From IMG/VR virus record IMGVR_UViG_3300042940_001739: a DNA stretch of 36,031 bases; one strand, written 5' to 3'. This DNA comes from a virus. Lineage: Duplodnaviria > Heunggongvirae > Uroviricota > Caudoviricetes. The notes below the pieces were generated by a model. That model worked only from the letters and a program-made list of their open reading frames with translations. It was not told where the DNA came from and searched no databases. Of the stretch, positions 1-10,221 are shown one piece after another. The position numbers and the translations under genes are program-made. Within the stretch, counting starts at the first letter, position 1; each line of letters begins with the position of its first letter.

Positions 1-1
1 G

Positions 2-130
2 CAAGAACGGTTATATGCAGAATTTGAATCATTGCGTGAACAAGAACAAGACTTGATAGAAAAAATGCGTGAACGCTATGGTGACGGACAAATCAACATT
101 CAAGAAGGCACATTTACTCCCGCAGAATAA
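2..130 (+). CDS. 3' end of a small coiled-coil hypothetical protein (partial, runs off window start)
   Basis: Open frame 2 reads QERLYAEFESLREQEQDLIEKMRERYGDGQINIQEGTFTPAE* with TAA at 128-130; not in the ORF track. Confidence 0.7.
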   Translation, partial: QERLYAEFESLREQEQDLIEKMRERYGDGQINIQEGTFTPAE

Positions 131-151
131 TATGTTTGGCACCAACTAAAC

Positions 152-165
152 ATATTTATAAATAA
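152..165 (+). promoter_or_regulatory. Putative late-promoter motif (ATATTTATA core) upstream of the sheath gene
   Basis: ATATTTATAAATAA; the same core recurs before tube, chaperone and tape-measure genes; also contains T4-type TATAAATA at 157-164. Confidence 0.65.
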
Positions 166-186
166 AATAAACAAGGAGTATAATAA

Positions 187-2658
187 ATGGCAGAAAGAAT
201 AGTTTCACCAGGCGTATTTACGAACGAAGTAGATCAATCGTTTTTAGCAGGTGGCGTAGCACAAATTGGTGCAGCAGTCGTAGGACCAACAGTAAAAGGT
301 CCAGCATTAATTCCTACAAAAATTTCTTCTTACAACGAATTTGTTAAAACGTTTGGATCTTATACAGATGATTCATATGTACCATATGTTGTTCAAGATT
401 ATTTGCGTAATGGGAATGTAATTACAGTAACACGTCTTTTATATGAAGATGGTTACAAATTAACTAATGGTGCATTAGCAATTATTGCATCATCGGGTTC
501 AGGTGCAACTAAAGTTGAAGTAGTAACTCACGTATTGCATCCAACTCAAGCAGTAACATATAATGCAACTACAGCATTATTTGAAGATTCAGTTTTACAA
601 GATGCTGGTTCAGGATCATTTGCAATTAAATTATCAGGTTCATATTCAGCGCCGTCAAACAACGCAATTGGATTTGATGGATCGTTTTTAGTTGCAGAAG
701 GTATCGCAATTTCTTCATCAATTGTAAGTACATCAAACAAGTATGTAACAAAAGTATTTGGATCAGGTCCGAAATCAGTTGACTATCCAGTATATGTTCA
801 ATATGAAAATAAATCTGCGGCAGATGCATTTAACAACTTAGCAGATGTAACAACGAAATTAGCAATTTTATCAAACTACGAATTTTTGCAAGATTATTCA
901 ACAGCAGCAACGCCATGGATTACATCTCAAAAAATTGGTAGCATAACAAAAGATTTAATTCGTTTCCATACATTATCTCACGGTACTGCAATTAACCACG
1001 AAGTTAAAGTAAGCATCCGAGACATTAGAACAGCAGACGAAGTTTCAGATCCAAATGGATACGGAACATTTACAGTTGAAGTTCGTCGAGTTAATACTAC
1101 GGATATTAAGAATTCTCCATTTGCATCTCAAGACACTGATAAAATTCCTGAAGTTGTAGAGACATTCTTAAATGTAAATTTAGATCCAGATTCGCCAAAA
1201 TATATTAGTAGAGTAATTGGTGACAAATATCAAACAATTAATGATTTGAATGAAATTAGAGTTTCAGGTGATTATCCGAATAAATCTAATTTTATACGAG
1301 TTGAAGTTGATAACGGCGTTTCAAATAAAACTAATGAGAAAACATTGGTACCATTTGGATTCCGTGCACTAAGCTCACCAATGCCAATGGCAAGCGGTTC
1401 AGTTAATTTCACAGCAACAACATATAAAACATCTCAAGTTCAAACTACATATTCTAAAAACAATTATTTTGGATTTGACTTTACAGTTGCAAACAACTTG
1501 AATTATCTAGCACCAATACCAACATCAGGATCAAACACAGGTAGCAATGTTGATTTTTATTTAGGTAACGTAAGTCAAGATGCATCAGCTGCTTTCCCAA
1601 CGTCAGCAACAGCTTATTCAGGTTCATTAGAAACTGCATTAATAGCAGGAACATTTACAGACAATATTTCACAATATACACGTAAATTTATTGTACCGAT
1701 GCAAGGTGGATTTGACGGAGCTCGTCCAAACTTACCAAAATATTCAGGAACAAATATTACAGCAGCAAATACATTTGGATTTGATTGTTCTGGTACAACT
1801 ACTCCTGGTACAAAAGCATATGATAAAGCATTTGCATTATTAGCAAATTCTGAGTACTATGATATTAACATGTTAGTTACTCCTGGTATTATTGATAGTT
1901 TACACTCAATAGTAACTAGTGCGGCTAGAAACTTGGTAGAAGCTCGTCAAGATACATTCTATGTAATGGATTCAAATGCATTGACAGACAGTTTATCAGA
2001 TGTAGTTTCTCAAGTAACAACAATTGACAGCAATTATACTTCAACATATTGGCCATGGGTTAGAATTGTTAATCCTTCTAAAAATGTTCCATTATGGGTA
2101 CCACCTAGTGTTGTAGTACCTGGAGTATTAGCATTCAATGATCAAGTTGCTGCACCATGGTATGCACCAGCAGGTTTGACTCGTGGAGGTTTAACAACAG
2201 TAACTGATACTTATATGAATTTATCTCAAGCTAATCGAGATACATTGTATGAAGCACGTGTTAACCCTATTGCGAACTTCCCTAACGAAGGACAAGTAAT
2301 TTGGGGTCAAAAGACTTTACAGGCTCGCCCAAGTGCATTAGACCGTGTAAATGTTAGACGATTATTGATTGCAGTTAAGAAATATATTGCTTCATCAACT
2401 CGTTATTTAGTATTTGAACAAAATAACACTGCAACAAGAAATAGATTCTTAGCAATTGTTAATCCTTATTTAGAACAAGTAAGAGCACAACAAGGTTTAT
2501 CAGCATTCAAAGTGGTAATGGATGGTACAAATAATACACCAGACGTAATAGATCAAAATATTATGTATGGACAATTATTCCTTCAGCCAACAAGAACGGC
2601 AGAATTTATTATTTTAGATTTCAATATTCAACCGACAGGGGCAAGTTTCCCGGAATAG
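187..2658 (+). CDS. Contractile tail sheath protein (T4 gp18-like)
   Basis: N-terminal SPGVFTNEVD..GAAVVGPTVKGP; C-terminal YWPWV, PWYAPAG..RG, LYEARVNPI, WGQKTL, RVNVRRLL, PTRTAEFIILDF; AGGAG SD upstream. Confidence 0.96.
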   Translation: MAERIVSPGVFTNEVDQSFLAGGVAQIGAAVVGPTVKGPALIPTKISSYNEFVKTFGSYTDDSYVPYVVQDYLRNGNVITVTRLLYEDGYKLTNGALAIIASSGSGATKVEVVTHVLHPTQAVTYNATTALFEDSVLQDAGSGSFAIKLSGSYSAPSNNAIGFDGSFLVAEGIAISSSIVSTSNKYVTKVFGSGPKSVDYPVYVQYENKSAADAFNNLADVTTKLAILSNYEFLQDYSTAATPWITSQKIGSITKDLIRFHTLSHGTAINHEVKVSIRDIRTADEVSDPNGYGTFTVEVRRVNTTDIKNSPFASQDTDKIPEVVETFLNVNLDPDSPKYISRVIGDKYQTINDLNEIRVSGDYPNKSNFIRVEVDNGVSNKTNEKTLVPFGFRALSSPMPMASGSVNFTATTYKTSQVQTTYSKNNYFGFDFTVANNLNYLAPIPTSGSNTGSNVDFYLGNVSQDASAAFPTSATAYSGSLETALIAGTFTDNISQYTRKFIVPMQGGFDGARPNLPKYSGTNITAANTFGFDCSGTTTPGTKAYDKAFALLANSEYYDINMLVTPGIIDSLHSIVTSAARNLVEARQDTFYVMDSNALTDSLSDVVSQVTTIDSNYTSTYWPWVRIVNPSKNVPLWVPPSVVVPGVLAFNDQVAAPWYAPAGLTRGGLTTVTDTYMNLSQANRDTLYEARVNPIANFPNEGQVIWGQKTLQARPSALDRVNVRRLLIAVKKYIASSTRYLVFEQNNTATRNRFLAIVNPYLEQVRAQQGLSAFKVVMDGTNNTPDVIDQNIMYGQLFLQPTRTAEFIILDFNIQPTGASFPE

Positions 2659-2680
2659 TAGGTTAGAATAAAATTTTAGT

Positions 2681-2711
2681 AAAAGGGTAGGACTTAGGTT
2701 CTACCTTTTTT
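2681..2711 (+). terminator. Rho-independent terminator after sheath gene
   Basis: AAAAGGGTAGGAC-TTAG-GTTCTACCTTTTTT stem-loop with U tract. Confidence 0.85.
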
Positions 2712-2720
2712 ACTTTGCTG

Positions 2721-2734
2721 ATATTTATATTAAA
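2721..2734 (+). promoter_or_regulatory. Putative late promoter ATATTTATATTAAA
   Basis: Exact copy of the recurrent 14-mer, directly after the terminator and 16 nt before the tube ATG (2751). Confidence 0.7.
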
Positions 2735-2750
2735 CATAAGGAATATAGAA

Positions 2751-3272
2751 ATGGCATTACAAGATCAAATCAATCCAAACTTAGCATTTGCGAATGATAA
2801 TGAGATATTTCAAACAGCATATCAGTGGGAACCTAAAAAATCCCATCAATTTATTATGTATTTAGGCGATGTTCCATCTTATTTGATTAAAGCTTCAGCT
2901 AAACCTCAAATATCTAACGGTGAAATTGCATTAGATCATATCAATGTTAAACGATATGTAAAAGGTAAATCAGTTTGGAATACAATCACAGTATCATTAT
3001 ATGATGCAATTGTTCCATCAGGAGCACAAGCAGTAATGGAATGGGTTCGTTTACATCATGAATCAGCAACAGGTAGAGATGGATATTCATCATATTATAA
3101 AAAAGAAGTTCGTTTACACCAATTATCTCCACTAGGCGAAGTAATTGAAGAATGGATTTTGCACGGGGCTTACATTACAGATTCTAACTTTGGATCTTTA
3201 GATTGGGGTTCAGAAGATGTTGTTAGCATTGAATTAACATTGAGATATGATTGGGCTTTCTTAAACTTCTAA
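2751..3272 (+). CDS. Tail tube protein (T4 gp19-like)
   Basis: Follows the sheath; WNTITVSLYD, VMEW, EEWILHGAY, FGSLDW..IELTLRYD pattern; start moved from 2715 to ATG 2751 (AAGGA SD; promoter motif lies upstream). Confidence 0.9.
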   Translation: MALQDQINPNLAFANDNEIFQTAYQWEPKKSHQFIMYLGDVPSYLIKASAKPQISNGEIALDHINVKRYVKGKSVWNTITVSLYDAIVPSGAQAVMEWVRLHHESATGRDGYSSYYKKEVRLHQLSPLGEVIEEWILHGAYITDSNFGSLDWGSEDVVSIELTLRYDWAFLNF

Positions 3273-3290
3273 TCATTATGATATTATTTT

Positions 3291-3315
3291 AAAGGGGCTT
3301 TATTGCCCCTTTTTT
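3291..3315 (+). terminator. Rho-independent terminator after tube gene
   Basis: AAAGGGGC-TTTATT-GCCCCTTTTTT. Confidence 0.88.
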
Positions 3316-3324
3316 ACTGTACTT

Positions 3325-3338
3325 ATATTTATATTAAA
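3325..3338 (+). promoter_or_regulatory. Putative late promoter ATATTTATATTAAA
   Basis: Exact copy after the terminator, upstream of ATG 3360. Confidence 0.7.
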
Positions 3339-3359
3339 TAAGTTATAAGGACAAATAAT

Positions 3360-4115
3360 ATGGCATTAACAGACAGAGTTAACAACGACAACATTATTAA
3401 TTTGGCTCGTCAGCAATACGAAGCTAAACAAAAAAGTAAATTACCTACAGTTATAGTAAATCTTCCGAGTCAAGGAAAAATTTATCCGAAGTCACATCCA
3501 TTAGCCCACGGTACGGTCGAAATGCGATATATGACTGCATATGATGAAGATATATTAACAAATGCATCTTATATTCGAGAAGGCTTAGTTTTTGATAAAT
3601 TATTAGAAGCTATTATCATTACTCCAGTTAATGTAGATGATATTGCTACAGTTGATAAAGATTGTTTAATTATCAATGCACGTATATTAGCATATGGTTC
3701 TGATTATCCTGTAATAGTATCTGAGCCTAAAACGGGTAAACAACTTGAAAAAACAGTTGATTTATCTAAAATACAACATGTTCCATTTAATTTAGAAAAT
3801 GATGAAAATGGTGAGTTTGAATATAAAACTGATAAATTTACATTGAAGTTTTCATATTTTAATACAGGGACAATTAGTGATATAACGATATCAGGTTTAT
3901 TGAAAAGAATTATTCGAGAAGTAAATGGTAAACGTGATTCTGCAGAAATTGAAAACTTTCTTCGTTACGAATTGTTATCTCGAGATTCAAAACAATTTAG
4001 AGAATACTATATAAATAATACTCCTAGTTTAGATTATAACTATGAATTCGAAGGTGAAGATGGGAGCACCTTCAAAACTACCTTTCAAGTTGGAACAAAC
4101 CTTTTTTGGATTTAA
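3360..4115 (+). CDS. Tail/baseplate-hub assembly chaperone (T4 gp26-like); upstream frame of a putative frameshift pair
   Basis: LPSQGKIYP..VEMRYMTAYDEDIL..D..LIINARILAYG pattern; lies between the tube and tape-measure genes. Confidence 0.75.
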   Translation: MALTDRVNNDNIINLARQQYEAKQKSKLPTVIVNLPSQGKIYPKSHPLAHGTVEMRYMTAYDEDILTNASYIREGLVFDKLLEAIIITPVNVDDIATVDKDCLIINARILAYGSDYPVIVSEPKTGKQLEKTVDLSKIQHVPFNLENDENGEFEYKTDKFTLKFSYFNTGTISDITISGLLKRIIREVNGKRDSAEIENFLRYELLSRDSKQFREYYINNTPSLDYNYEFEGEDGSTFKTTFQVGTNLFWI

Positions 4116-4332
4116 TCCAGACGACCGAGTAAAGTTACATGATAATATATTCAATCTAATTTGGCACGGTGACGGCCGATGGGATTGGGATACTATATAT
4201 CATATGCCTATATTTTTACGACGCTTTTATATTAAAAAAGTAACTAAAATTCTAGAAGAGCGAGAAGATGCTCGTGAAAAACAGCGAGAAGCTATAGAAC
4301 AGCGTAAAAACAACAAAAATCCTAGGCGATAA
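4102..4332 (+). CDS. Small tail-assembly chaperone segment (T4 gp51-like / lambda T-like), probably expressed by frameshift from 3360..4115
   Basis: FFGFNPDDRVKLHDNIFNLIWHGDGRWDWDTIYHMPIFLRRFY; frame overlaps the end of the upstream gene at a T6 run; the ATG at 4042 has no obvious RBS. Confidence 0.7.
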   Translation, partial: FFGFNPDDRVKLHDNIFNLIWHGDGRWDWDTIYHMPIFLRRFYIKKVTKILEEREDAREKQREAIEQRKNNKNPRR

Positions 4333-4346
4333 ATATTTATATTAAA
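4333..4346 (+). promoter_or_regulatory. Putative late promoter ATATTTATATTAAA
   Basis: Exact copy upstream of ATG 4360. Confidence 0.7.
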
Positions 4347-4359
4347 TGGAACTAAATCT

Positions 4360-6099
4360 ATGAGTCTAAGCCAACAAAATATCATTTCTAAATTAAAACA
4401 ACAACCTAGACACGGTATGGCTGATGATATAGGCGGCATAAAACTATTAGCTACACTTAAAACTAGTTTCACTGAGTTAACTCCATTGTTAACAATGTTC
4501 AATGACGAAAACGTTCAAATGAATGTTGGGTTATCACGAGTATTGGGAACAGCTGAAAGTTTAATTGAAAAATTCAAAAACTATACTGCTGAAGTTAATA
4601 TATTAGAACAACGAAATAAAGAATTAAATAAATCATTTGGCATTAATAGTATTGCCGCAGCTAAGTTAAGTAACGAAATAACTACTTCTGCAGAAAAGCT
4701 AGGCGTATCAACAGCACAAATGAAAAAATATGTTGGTAGCATTAAAAGTATTGTTCCAACGATTGATGTATTAAAAGCTCAAAGCAACGATTACTATCAA
4801 GGATTAGCAAGAGTACAGCAAGTACTAACTACAAACTTAGGCTTAACTGAAGAACAAGCAGCTTCATATTCACTATTTGCAGGACAAGGCGGTAAAAATG
4901 CTGAGGATCAACTAGCTTCTCAAGCAGCACTAGCAGCAGAAATTGAACGTACTACTGGGATGCAAGGATCATTTAAAGTGATTAGTGAAGGGATTGCAGA
5001 AACAACAGCAGATCTTCAATTACAATACGGCCGAATACCAGGAAGTTTAGAAGTTGGTATATTAAAAGCCAAAGCTTTGGGGTTTGCTATGGCTGATTTG
5101 AATAAAACGGCTGACAACTTATTAAATATTGAGTCTAGTATTGGACAAGAATTAGAATATCAATTATTAAGCGGACATCGTTTAGTTGATACTAAAGGTA
5201 AAAGTTTAACTAATTCGTATCGAGAAGCCACATTGCAAGGAAATGCATCTAAACAAGCAGATACATTGAATACAATTTTAGAGCAAGAAGGCGATACGTT
5301 AAAAAATAACTTGTTTGCTAGAAAGCAAATGTCTGAGTTATTAGGTATGGATGAAGCTTCATTATCTCGTGCATTACAGAAAAAGTCTATCTTAGAAAGT
5401 CTTCCAGGAGGAGAATCATTATTTAATGAAACCGGAGACGCTCTTTTAGAAGCAGCTAAAACAGCTGGTGCTACTAAAGAACAAATAGACGCATTAGTTA
5501 AGTCTGAAGATACTCGTACAACGGACCAAAAGATTGAACAAACTTTAGCTATGATGGTTGATAAAGGAATTAAAGCTCAACTAGTAGACCAAGTAGGTGC
5601 AGTAACTGGAGCAAGCACAGCTTCGACTCTAGCAGCAAAAAATATAAACATGCCAGGTGCTGGAGCATCATCTGGTGCTATAACAGCATTAGGTAGTCAA
5701 CAAATTGGTGTCGACTATGTACAAGAAATGGATACCGCATTAAAAGCTGCAAAAGATTTTTTTAAAAACTTTGTCGAAACAATAACTAATGCTAATAATT
5801 ATAAGTTAGATAAATCTAAATTAGCAACAACTAAGAACGTCGACGCTACATTTGATGACTTTATTGCAACACCGACAGGTTATGGCGATCGAATCTTATT
5901 AGCTGGCGAAGACACATTTGCATTGAATAATAATGATACAATTGTTGGTGGAACTAATTTAGGTGGAGGTGGAGGTGGAGGCGACGATAAATTATCACAA
6001 GTAATGATGCAGGTAGGCGCAATGATTGTAAGTGCAATTAATCGCAAACAAACAGAACAATTATTTAGTGGTGGAATTAATGCACCAACATATGGATAA
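4360..6099 (+). CDS. Tape measure protein (putative)
   Basis: 579 aa, Ala/Gln/Leu-rich helical sequence directly after the chaperone pair; size similar to T4 gp29. Confidence 0.7.
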   Translation: MSLSQQNIISKLKQQPRHGMADDIGGIKLLATLKTSFTELTPLLTMFNDENVQMNVGLSRVLGTAESLIEKFKNYTAEVNILEQRNKELNKSFGINSIAAAKLSNEITTSAEKLGVSTAQMKKYVGSIKSIVPTIDVLKAQSNDYYQGLARVQQVLTTNLGLTEEQAASYSLFAGQGGKNAEDQLASQAALAAEIERTTGMQGSFKVISEGIAETTADLQLQYGRIPGSLEVGILKAKALGFAMADLNKTADNLLNIESSIGQELEYQLLSGHRLVDTKGKSLTNSYREATLQGNASKQADTLNTILEQEGDTLKNNLFARKQMSELLGMDEASLSRALQKKSILESLPGGESLFNETGDALLEAAKTAGATKEQIDALVKSEDTRTTDQKIEQTLAMMVDKGIKAQLVDQVGAVTGASTASTLAAKNINMPGAGASSGAITALGSQQIGVDYVQEMDTALKAAKDFFKNFVETITNANNYKLDKSKLATTKNVDATFDDFIATPTGYGDRILLAGEDTFALNNNDTIVGGTNLGGGGGGGDDKLSQVMMQVGAMIVSAINRKQTEQLFSGGINAPTYG

Positions 6100-6104
6100 C
6101 AAAT

Positions 6105-7583
6105 ATGAGTAACCCAACAATAGGAAAAATCACCGGAATTCCATCATCAGCAATATGGTCTCCATTACCTGCACAAAATACTAATATTACAACAAAAAGC
6201 ACTGGTAAACAACTATTAGGCTTTGCTGCAAATGCCGCATCATCATTTACAGGTATTCCGCAGATATCTCAAATAGCAAATAGTAGTTTTGCTAAAGAAG
6301 ATAGTTTGTCAGCAACATATTCAACATTACCATTAGATAAACTATATGCACCACAGTTCATTCAATTATCTGATTTCAGATCTAGAATTAATGTAGATAG
6401 CTCAACTAATTTAAAACCAATTGACAAAGTAGCAGCATTCTTATCAACTCGCAGACTCGATGGTACTAGCGCATTAGCACGTGGAAGTTATACTGCAGGA
6501 GCTTATGCAGCTGCATCTGTAACTCCAATTGGCGCATATTCAATTTTCAACTTGAACGGTAATGGATTAACTGGTTATGGTTGGGGAGAGCATGATAATC
6601 CAAATGCATTACGCAATGATTTTACTATGCGAAGTCATGTTGCAACTCGATGGAAAAAAGGAGAATTAGATGTAGCAACAGGAAAACTTGGTAAAGGAAC
6701 TTGGGCACCAACATTTAACCCGGTTGAACGAATTACGCCGTTCCGAGGAGACCGTGTAACTGTTATTGATTTTTCACAAAGATCTGAAAAGCAAGCATAT
6801 TTATGGAACCCTATTTCATTGAATGGATTTGATGGCGCAGTTGGCGCCGCATTAAATGCTTTAGGGCTAGGTGGAACTACTCAAGATTTTATAAAATTTT
6901 ATTTTACAGGCCCAGCTCTTCATAACAATGCAGCAGTTGGCACAACTGATGATATCATAGTATTTAGAGCAACATTAGGATCATTATCCGATTCATTCCA
7001 AGCAAATTGGACACCAGTTAATATGATTGGTAGAGCAGATCCAAATTATCAATATACAGGATATAGTCGAGATGTAAGTTTAGATTTTACGGTATATGCA
7101 ACAGATAGAGACGAATTAAAACCGATATACAGAAAGTTAAATGCACTAGCAGGTTATATGGCACCAACTTATCTTAAAGATAGTATTGCAATGCAAGCCC
7201 CATGGATGCGTTTAACTATAGGAGATTTATTTCATCAACAACCGGTAATTTTAACAGCATTAGATTATACATTAGTCGACCAAGATACAACATGGGAAAT
7301 TAATATTGAAAAAGATCCTACCATGATGGAAGTGCCACATAAAGTAACAGTAAGATGTAGCTTTACAATGATATCTGACTTCTTGCCACAAAAAGGCGGA
7401 AGATTCTATTCATTGGCAAAAGAATATGATAGTAGCGGAAATCCAATTGCAGGAAATTCAAATTGGTTAAGTGACTCATTAGACAATGTAGATGCAATAC
7501 CAGATGTACCACAAGATCCAAATTCAGGCACAAGCATTGGTCGAGGAAAAGGTAGATTTTCAAGAGGAAAAGGAAAAATATGA
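6105..7583 (+). CDS. Baseplate / tail-tube initiator-like protein
   Basis: C-terminal half FRATLGSLSDSF..W......GRADP.YQY.GYSR.VSLDFTV..P.MRLTIGDL resembles tube-fold baseplate proteins; follows the tape measure. Confidence 0.6.
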   Translation: MSNPTIGKITGIPSSAIWSPLPAQNTNITTKSTGKQLLGFAANAASSFTGIPQISQIANSSFAKEDSLSATYSTLPLDKLYAPQFIQLSDFRSRINVDSSTNLKPIDKVAAFLSTRRLDGTSALARGSYTAGAYAAASVTPIGAYSIFNLNGNGLTGYGWGEHDNPNALRNDFTMRSHVATRWKKGELDVATGKLGKGTWAPTFNPVERITPFRGDRVTVIDFSQRSEKQAYLWNPISLNGFDGAVGAALNALGLGGTTQDFIKFYFTGPALHNNAAVGTTDDIIVFRATLGSLSDSFQANWTPVNMIGRADPNYQYTGYSRDVSLDFTVYATDRDELKPIYRKLNALAGYMAPTYLKDSIAMQAPWMRLTIGDLFHQQPVILTALDYTLVDQDTTWEINIEKDPTMMEVPHKVTVRCSFTMISDFLPQKGGRFYSLAKEYDSSGNPIAGNSNWLSDSLDNVDAIPDVPQDPNSGTSIGRGKGRFSRGKGKI

Positions 7584-7879
7584 GTAGATATGCAACAAGC
7601 AGAGTAATTACTGCTAACAATGAAAAACGATATCAATCAACAACAATAGTCCCAGTATTACCATTTTCTGAGTCTGATACTTATATTGTAACAACTAGTG
7701 TAGAGCGATTAGACAAATTAGCTAATACATTTTATAATGATTCGTCTAAATGGTGGGCTATTGCAATAGTAAATGGATTGGGTAAAGGAACATTGATGGT
7801 ACCTAGTAATTCTAGATTAAGAATACCTAGTATAGCAAACATACAACAAATTATTAATAACTCAAATAGTTTAAGATGA
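7580..7879 (+). CDS. Small LysM-like baseplate protein (gp53 / P2 gpX-like)
   Basis: RLDKLANTFYNDSSKWWAIAIVN...LRIP motif; ATGA overlap with the upstream gene. Confidence 0.75.
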   Translation: MSRYATSRVITANNEKRYQSTTIVPVLPFSESDTYIVTTSVERLDKLANTFYNDSSKWWAIAIVNGLGKGTLMVPSNSRLRIPSIANIQQIINNSNSLR

Positions 7880-10221
7880 GTAATATATTCTATTCAGAAG
7901 TAGATCCTAATTTACAAACAGAGTTAAACTATCGAGGTAACTCTGGTAAAACTCGTACTACTGAAGATATTAATTTCATGGTTAGTAAACTTGCTAATGT
8001 ACAGTTAACAGCTTATGAAGATAATAAACCAGATCCTAGTAAAATTGTAAAAGACCATGGAATATTAGGAGGACAATTAGTTCGAAGTGGTAGATATTTG
8101 CCAAGCGGATTTTTATCAAAACAAGATTATACATCAACGACAGTTGAATTTGTCGACGACAAAAATATTAATATTGTAAATGCTACCAGAGCTCTTCGAG
8201 GACAAAAATCATTAACACCTGGCCAAGCATTTTCTCAAGTAAATCATTCAATTGATGAGTCATACCGAATTGGTCCATATGTTACTAGTGTTGATATAAC
8301 AATCGGCGACCATTCAATGGGTTTATTGAATAAAGCTACAGTTAATATATCAATACCAAACCCCGGTAGAGATTTAGATGCCATGGAAGATACGTGGTTT
8401 CGCCCAGGACGTTATGTTAAGATACAAGTAGCTCAAGCTGACTCAGCAATTTTATCTAGGGATTCTGAAGGCAATGCTGGACTATTAAGTACAACTTCAA
8501 TTCCTATTAAAGACAAATTAAAGGAACTATATCCTAATTGGGATATTGATAAACTAGAAAAAGAAATTAGAAAGATGAATGAATATTCATTTGAAGGATT
8601 AATAACCTCATTTGAATTTTCATATCAATCTAACGGACAGGTTGATGCTACGCTTTCACTAACCGGTACTAGTAATGTATATACAGATGTATCTATGTGG
8701 ATGCAAACTCCAACAAAAAAAGATGATGTAGCTAAACCAAAAGTAGACACCGATCCAGTTATTGGAGTAGTGAATATACCAACACAACCAGCAGTAAGTG
8801 GTCCAACTGCAAATACAGGCTCAGTTGTAACTAAAAATGAATTTTATGATAAACTATATACACAAGTTGATTCATTGATCAATGAAGCTCGATACTTAGA
8901 TGGTTTTGAATTAGTTAGTAGTGGCATAGTTCAATTTAAAACTAGCACTTCTAATAAAACAAACACTACAGATCAATATATTTTATTTGGCGAACCGTAT
9001 CAACAAACATTATCACAAGCTGCAGCTGCTGGCGCTAGCACAAGTAAATTTAACCGTTATATAACATTAGGAGCTTTAGTCCAATTTTTAAATGATACAG
9101 TTGTTAATAAAATTACAGGATCAGCTACAAATGCTCAAGTTATATGTGATACTGAATTTAGTTGTTGCAACTATTATTCATTATTAACATCATGTATACC
9201 AGACCAAGTTTTACTATTGCCTGAAACAACTAATAGTGCGGATGGAATGAATGTATATGGAACGGAATTAACATATTACAAATATATCAATGAAAATTAT
9301 AATGCAAATTCAGAGAGGTTAGCACAGTGGCCAGGTGTCCATACAAATTCTGCTGCAGCTGACACTAATAAAATTTACGGATCTAGAATTTTCATTAATT
9401 TAGAAACAATTCAAAAGATATTAAATGGTGAAGATGGTAAGTCTGGATTAACTGCAGGCGGAACAAAAAGTTTCTCACTTAAACAGTTTATAGCAACTGT
9501 TAGTAGTAAACTAAATTATGCTACTGGTGGGTCAATTTCAATGAAATTAATCACGCATCCATTAGATGAAACTAAATTATTGCTTAACGATTCTAAATAT
9601 TTAAAAACCCCTTTGTTAGGTGATCCTGGAAAACCTGTAATTGTTACTCCGTATGAGATTCCTATGTTTGCAAATCATAAGAATGGAACAATTGTCCGCG
9701 AGTTTAAAATGTCAGCAACATTACCGGAAAATGCTAAAAATTTATCTTATGTATTAAATGAAGGTGACGAAGTAACTGAAGAGGAAATTGCACCATATAT
9801 GAACATGATGTACAATGCAAAAGATCCTGATTCAATTAATAAGGTAATGCAAAAGTATAAAGATAAACATGCAAATATTAGAACTCAACTTATTGATACA
9901 AAAAAAGCATTTGGAAATGCCCCTACGATCCCGGAGAAAAGCCAAGCTCTTTGGAAAGCATTATCTTCATATATAAAATATCCAACAGATGACATCCGCA
10001 AATCGCAACAAATGACCGCGCCAATATTTCCATTTAGTGTTGACTTTACAATCGATGGTATTAATGGGTTTAGATATGGCGATGTATTACAATTTGTTGG
10101 ATTACCAAAAAAATATCGAGAGAATACGGTATTTAGTATTATAAGTATAACACATACAATAGGAACAGACGGACAATGGACATCTGCGATTAAATGTATA
10201 ATGAGACCGAGTATAAGCTAA
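7876..10221 (+). CDS. Putative baseplate hub protein (gp27-like)
   Basis: Position after the LysM-like gene; FEGLITSFEFS and C-terminal FTIDGINGFRYGD..FSIISITHTI...W.S.I beta-rich pattern. Confidence 0.55.
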   Translation: MSNIFYSEVDPNLQTELNYRGNSGKTRTTEDINFMVSKLANVQLTAYEDNKPDPSKIVKDHGILGGQLVRSGRYLPSGFLSKQDYTSTTVEFVDDKNINIVNATRALRGQKSLTPGQAFSQVNHSIDESYRIGPYVTSVDITIGDHSMGLLNKATVNISIPNPGRDLDAMEDTWFRPGRYVKIQVAQADSAILSRDSEGNAGLLSTTSIPIKDKLKELYPNWDIDKLEKEIRKMNEYSFEGLITSFEFSYQSNGQVDATLSLTGTSNVYTDVSMWMQTPTKKDDVAKPKVDTDPVIGVVNIPTQPAVSGPTANTGSVVTKNEFYDKLYTQVDSLINEARYLDGFELVSSGIVQFKTSTSNKTNTTDQYILFGEPYQQTLSQAAAAGASTSKFNRYITLGALVQFLNDTVVNKITGSATNAQVICDTEFSCCNYYSLLTSCIPDQVLLLPETTNSADGMNVYGTELTYYKYINENYNANSERLAQWPGVHTNSAAADTNKIYGSRIFINLETIQKILNGEDGKSGLTAGGTKSFSLKQFIATVSSKLNYATGGSISMKLITHPLDETKLLLNDSKYLKTPLLGDPGKPVIVTPYEIPMFANHKNGTIVREFKMSATLPENAKNLSYVLNEGDEVTEEEIAPYMNMMYNAKDPDSINKVMQKYKDKHANIRTQLIDTKKAFGNAPTIPEKSQALWKALSSYIKYPTDDIRKSQQMTAPIFPFSVDFTIDGINGFRYGDVLQFVGLPKKYRENTVFSIISITHTIGTDGQWTSAIKCIMRPSIS

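Noticed and set aside
5962-5982. GGTGGA tandem repeat in the tape-measure gene
   Set aside because: It simply encodes a poly-Gly linker.
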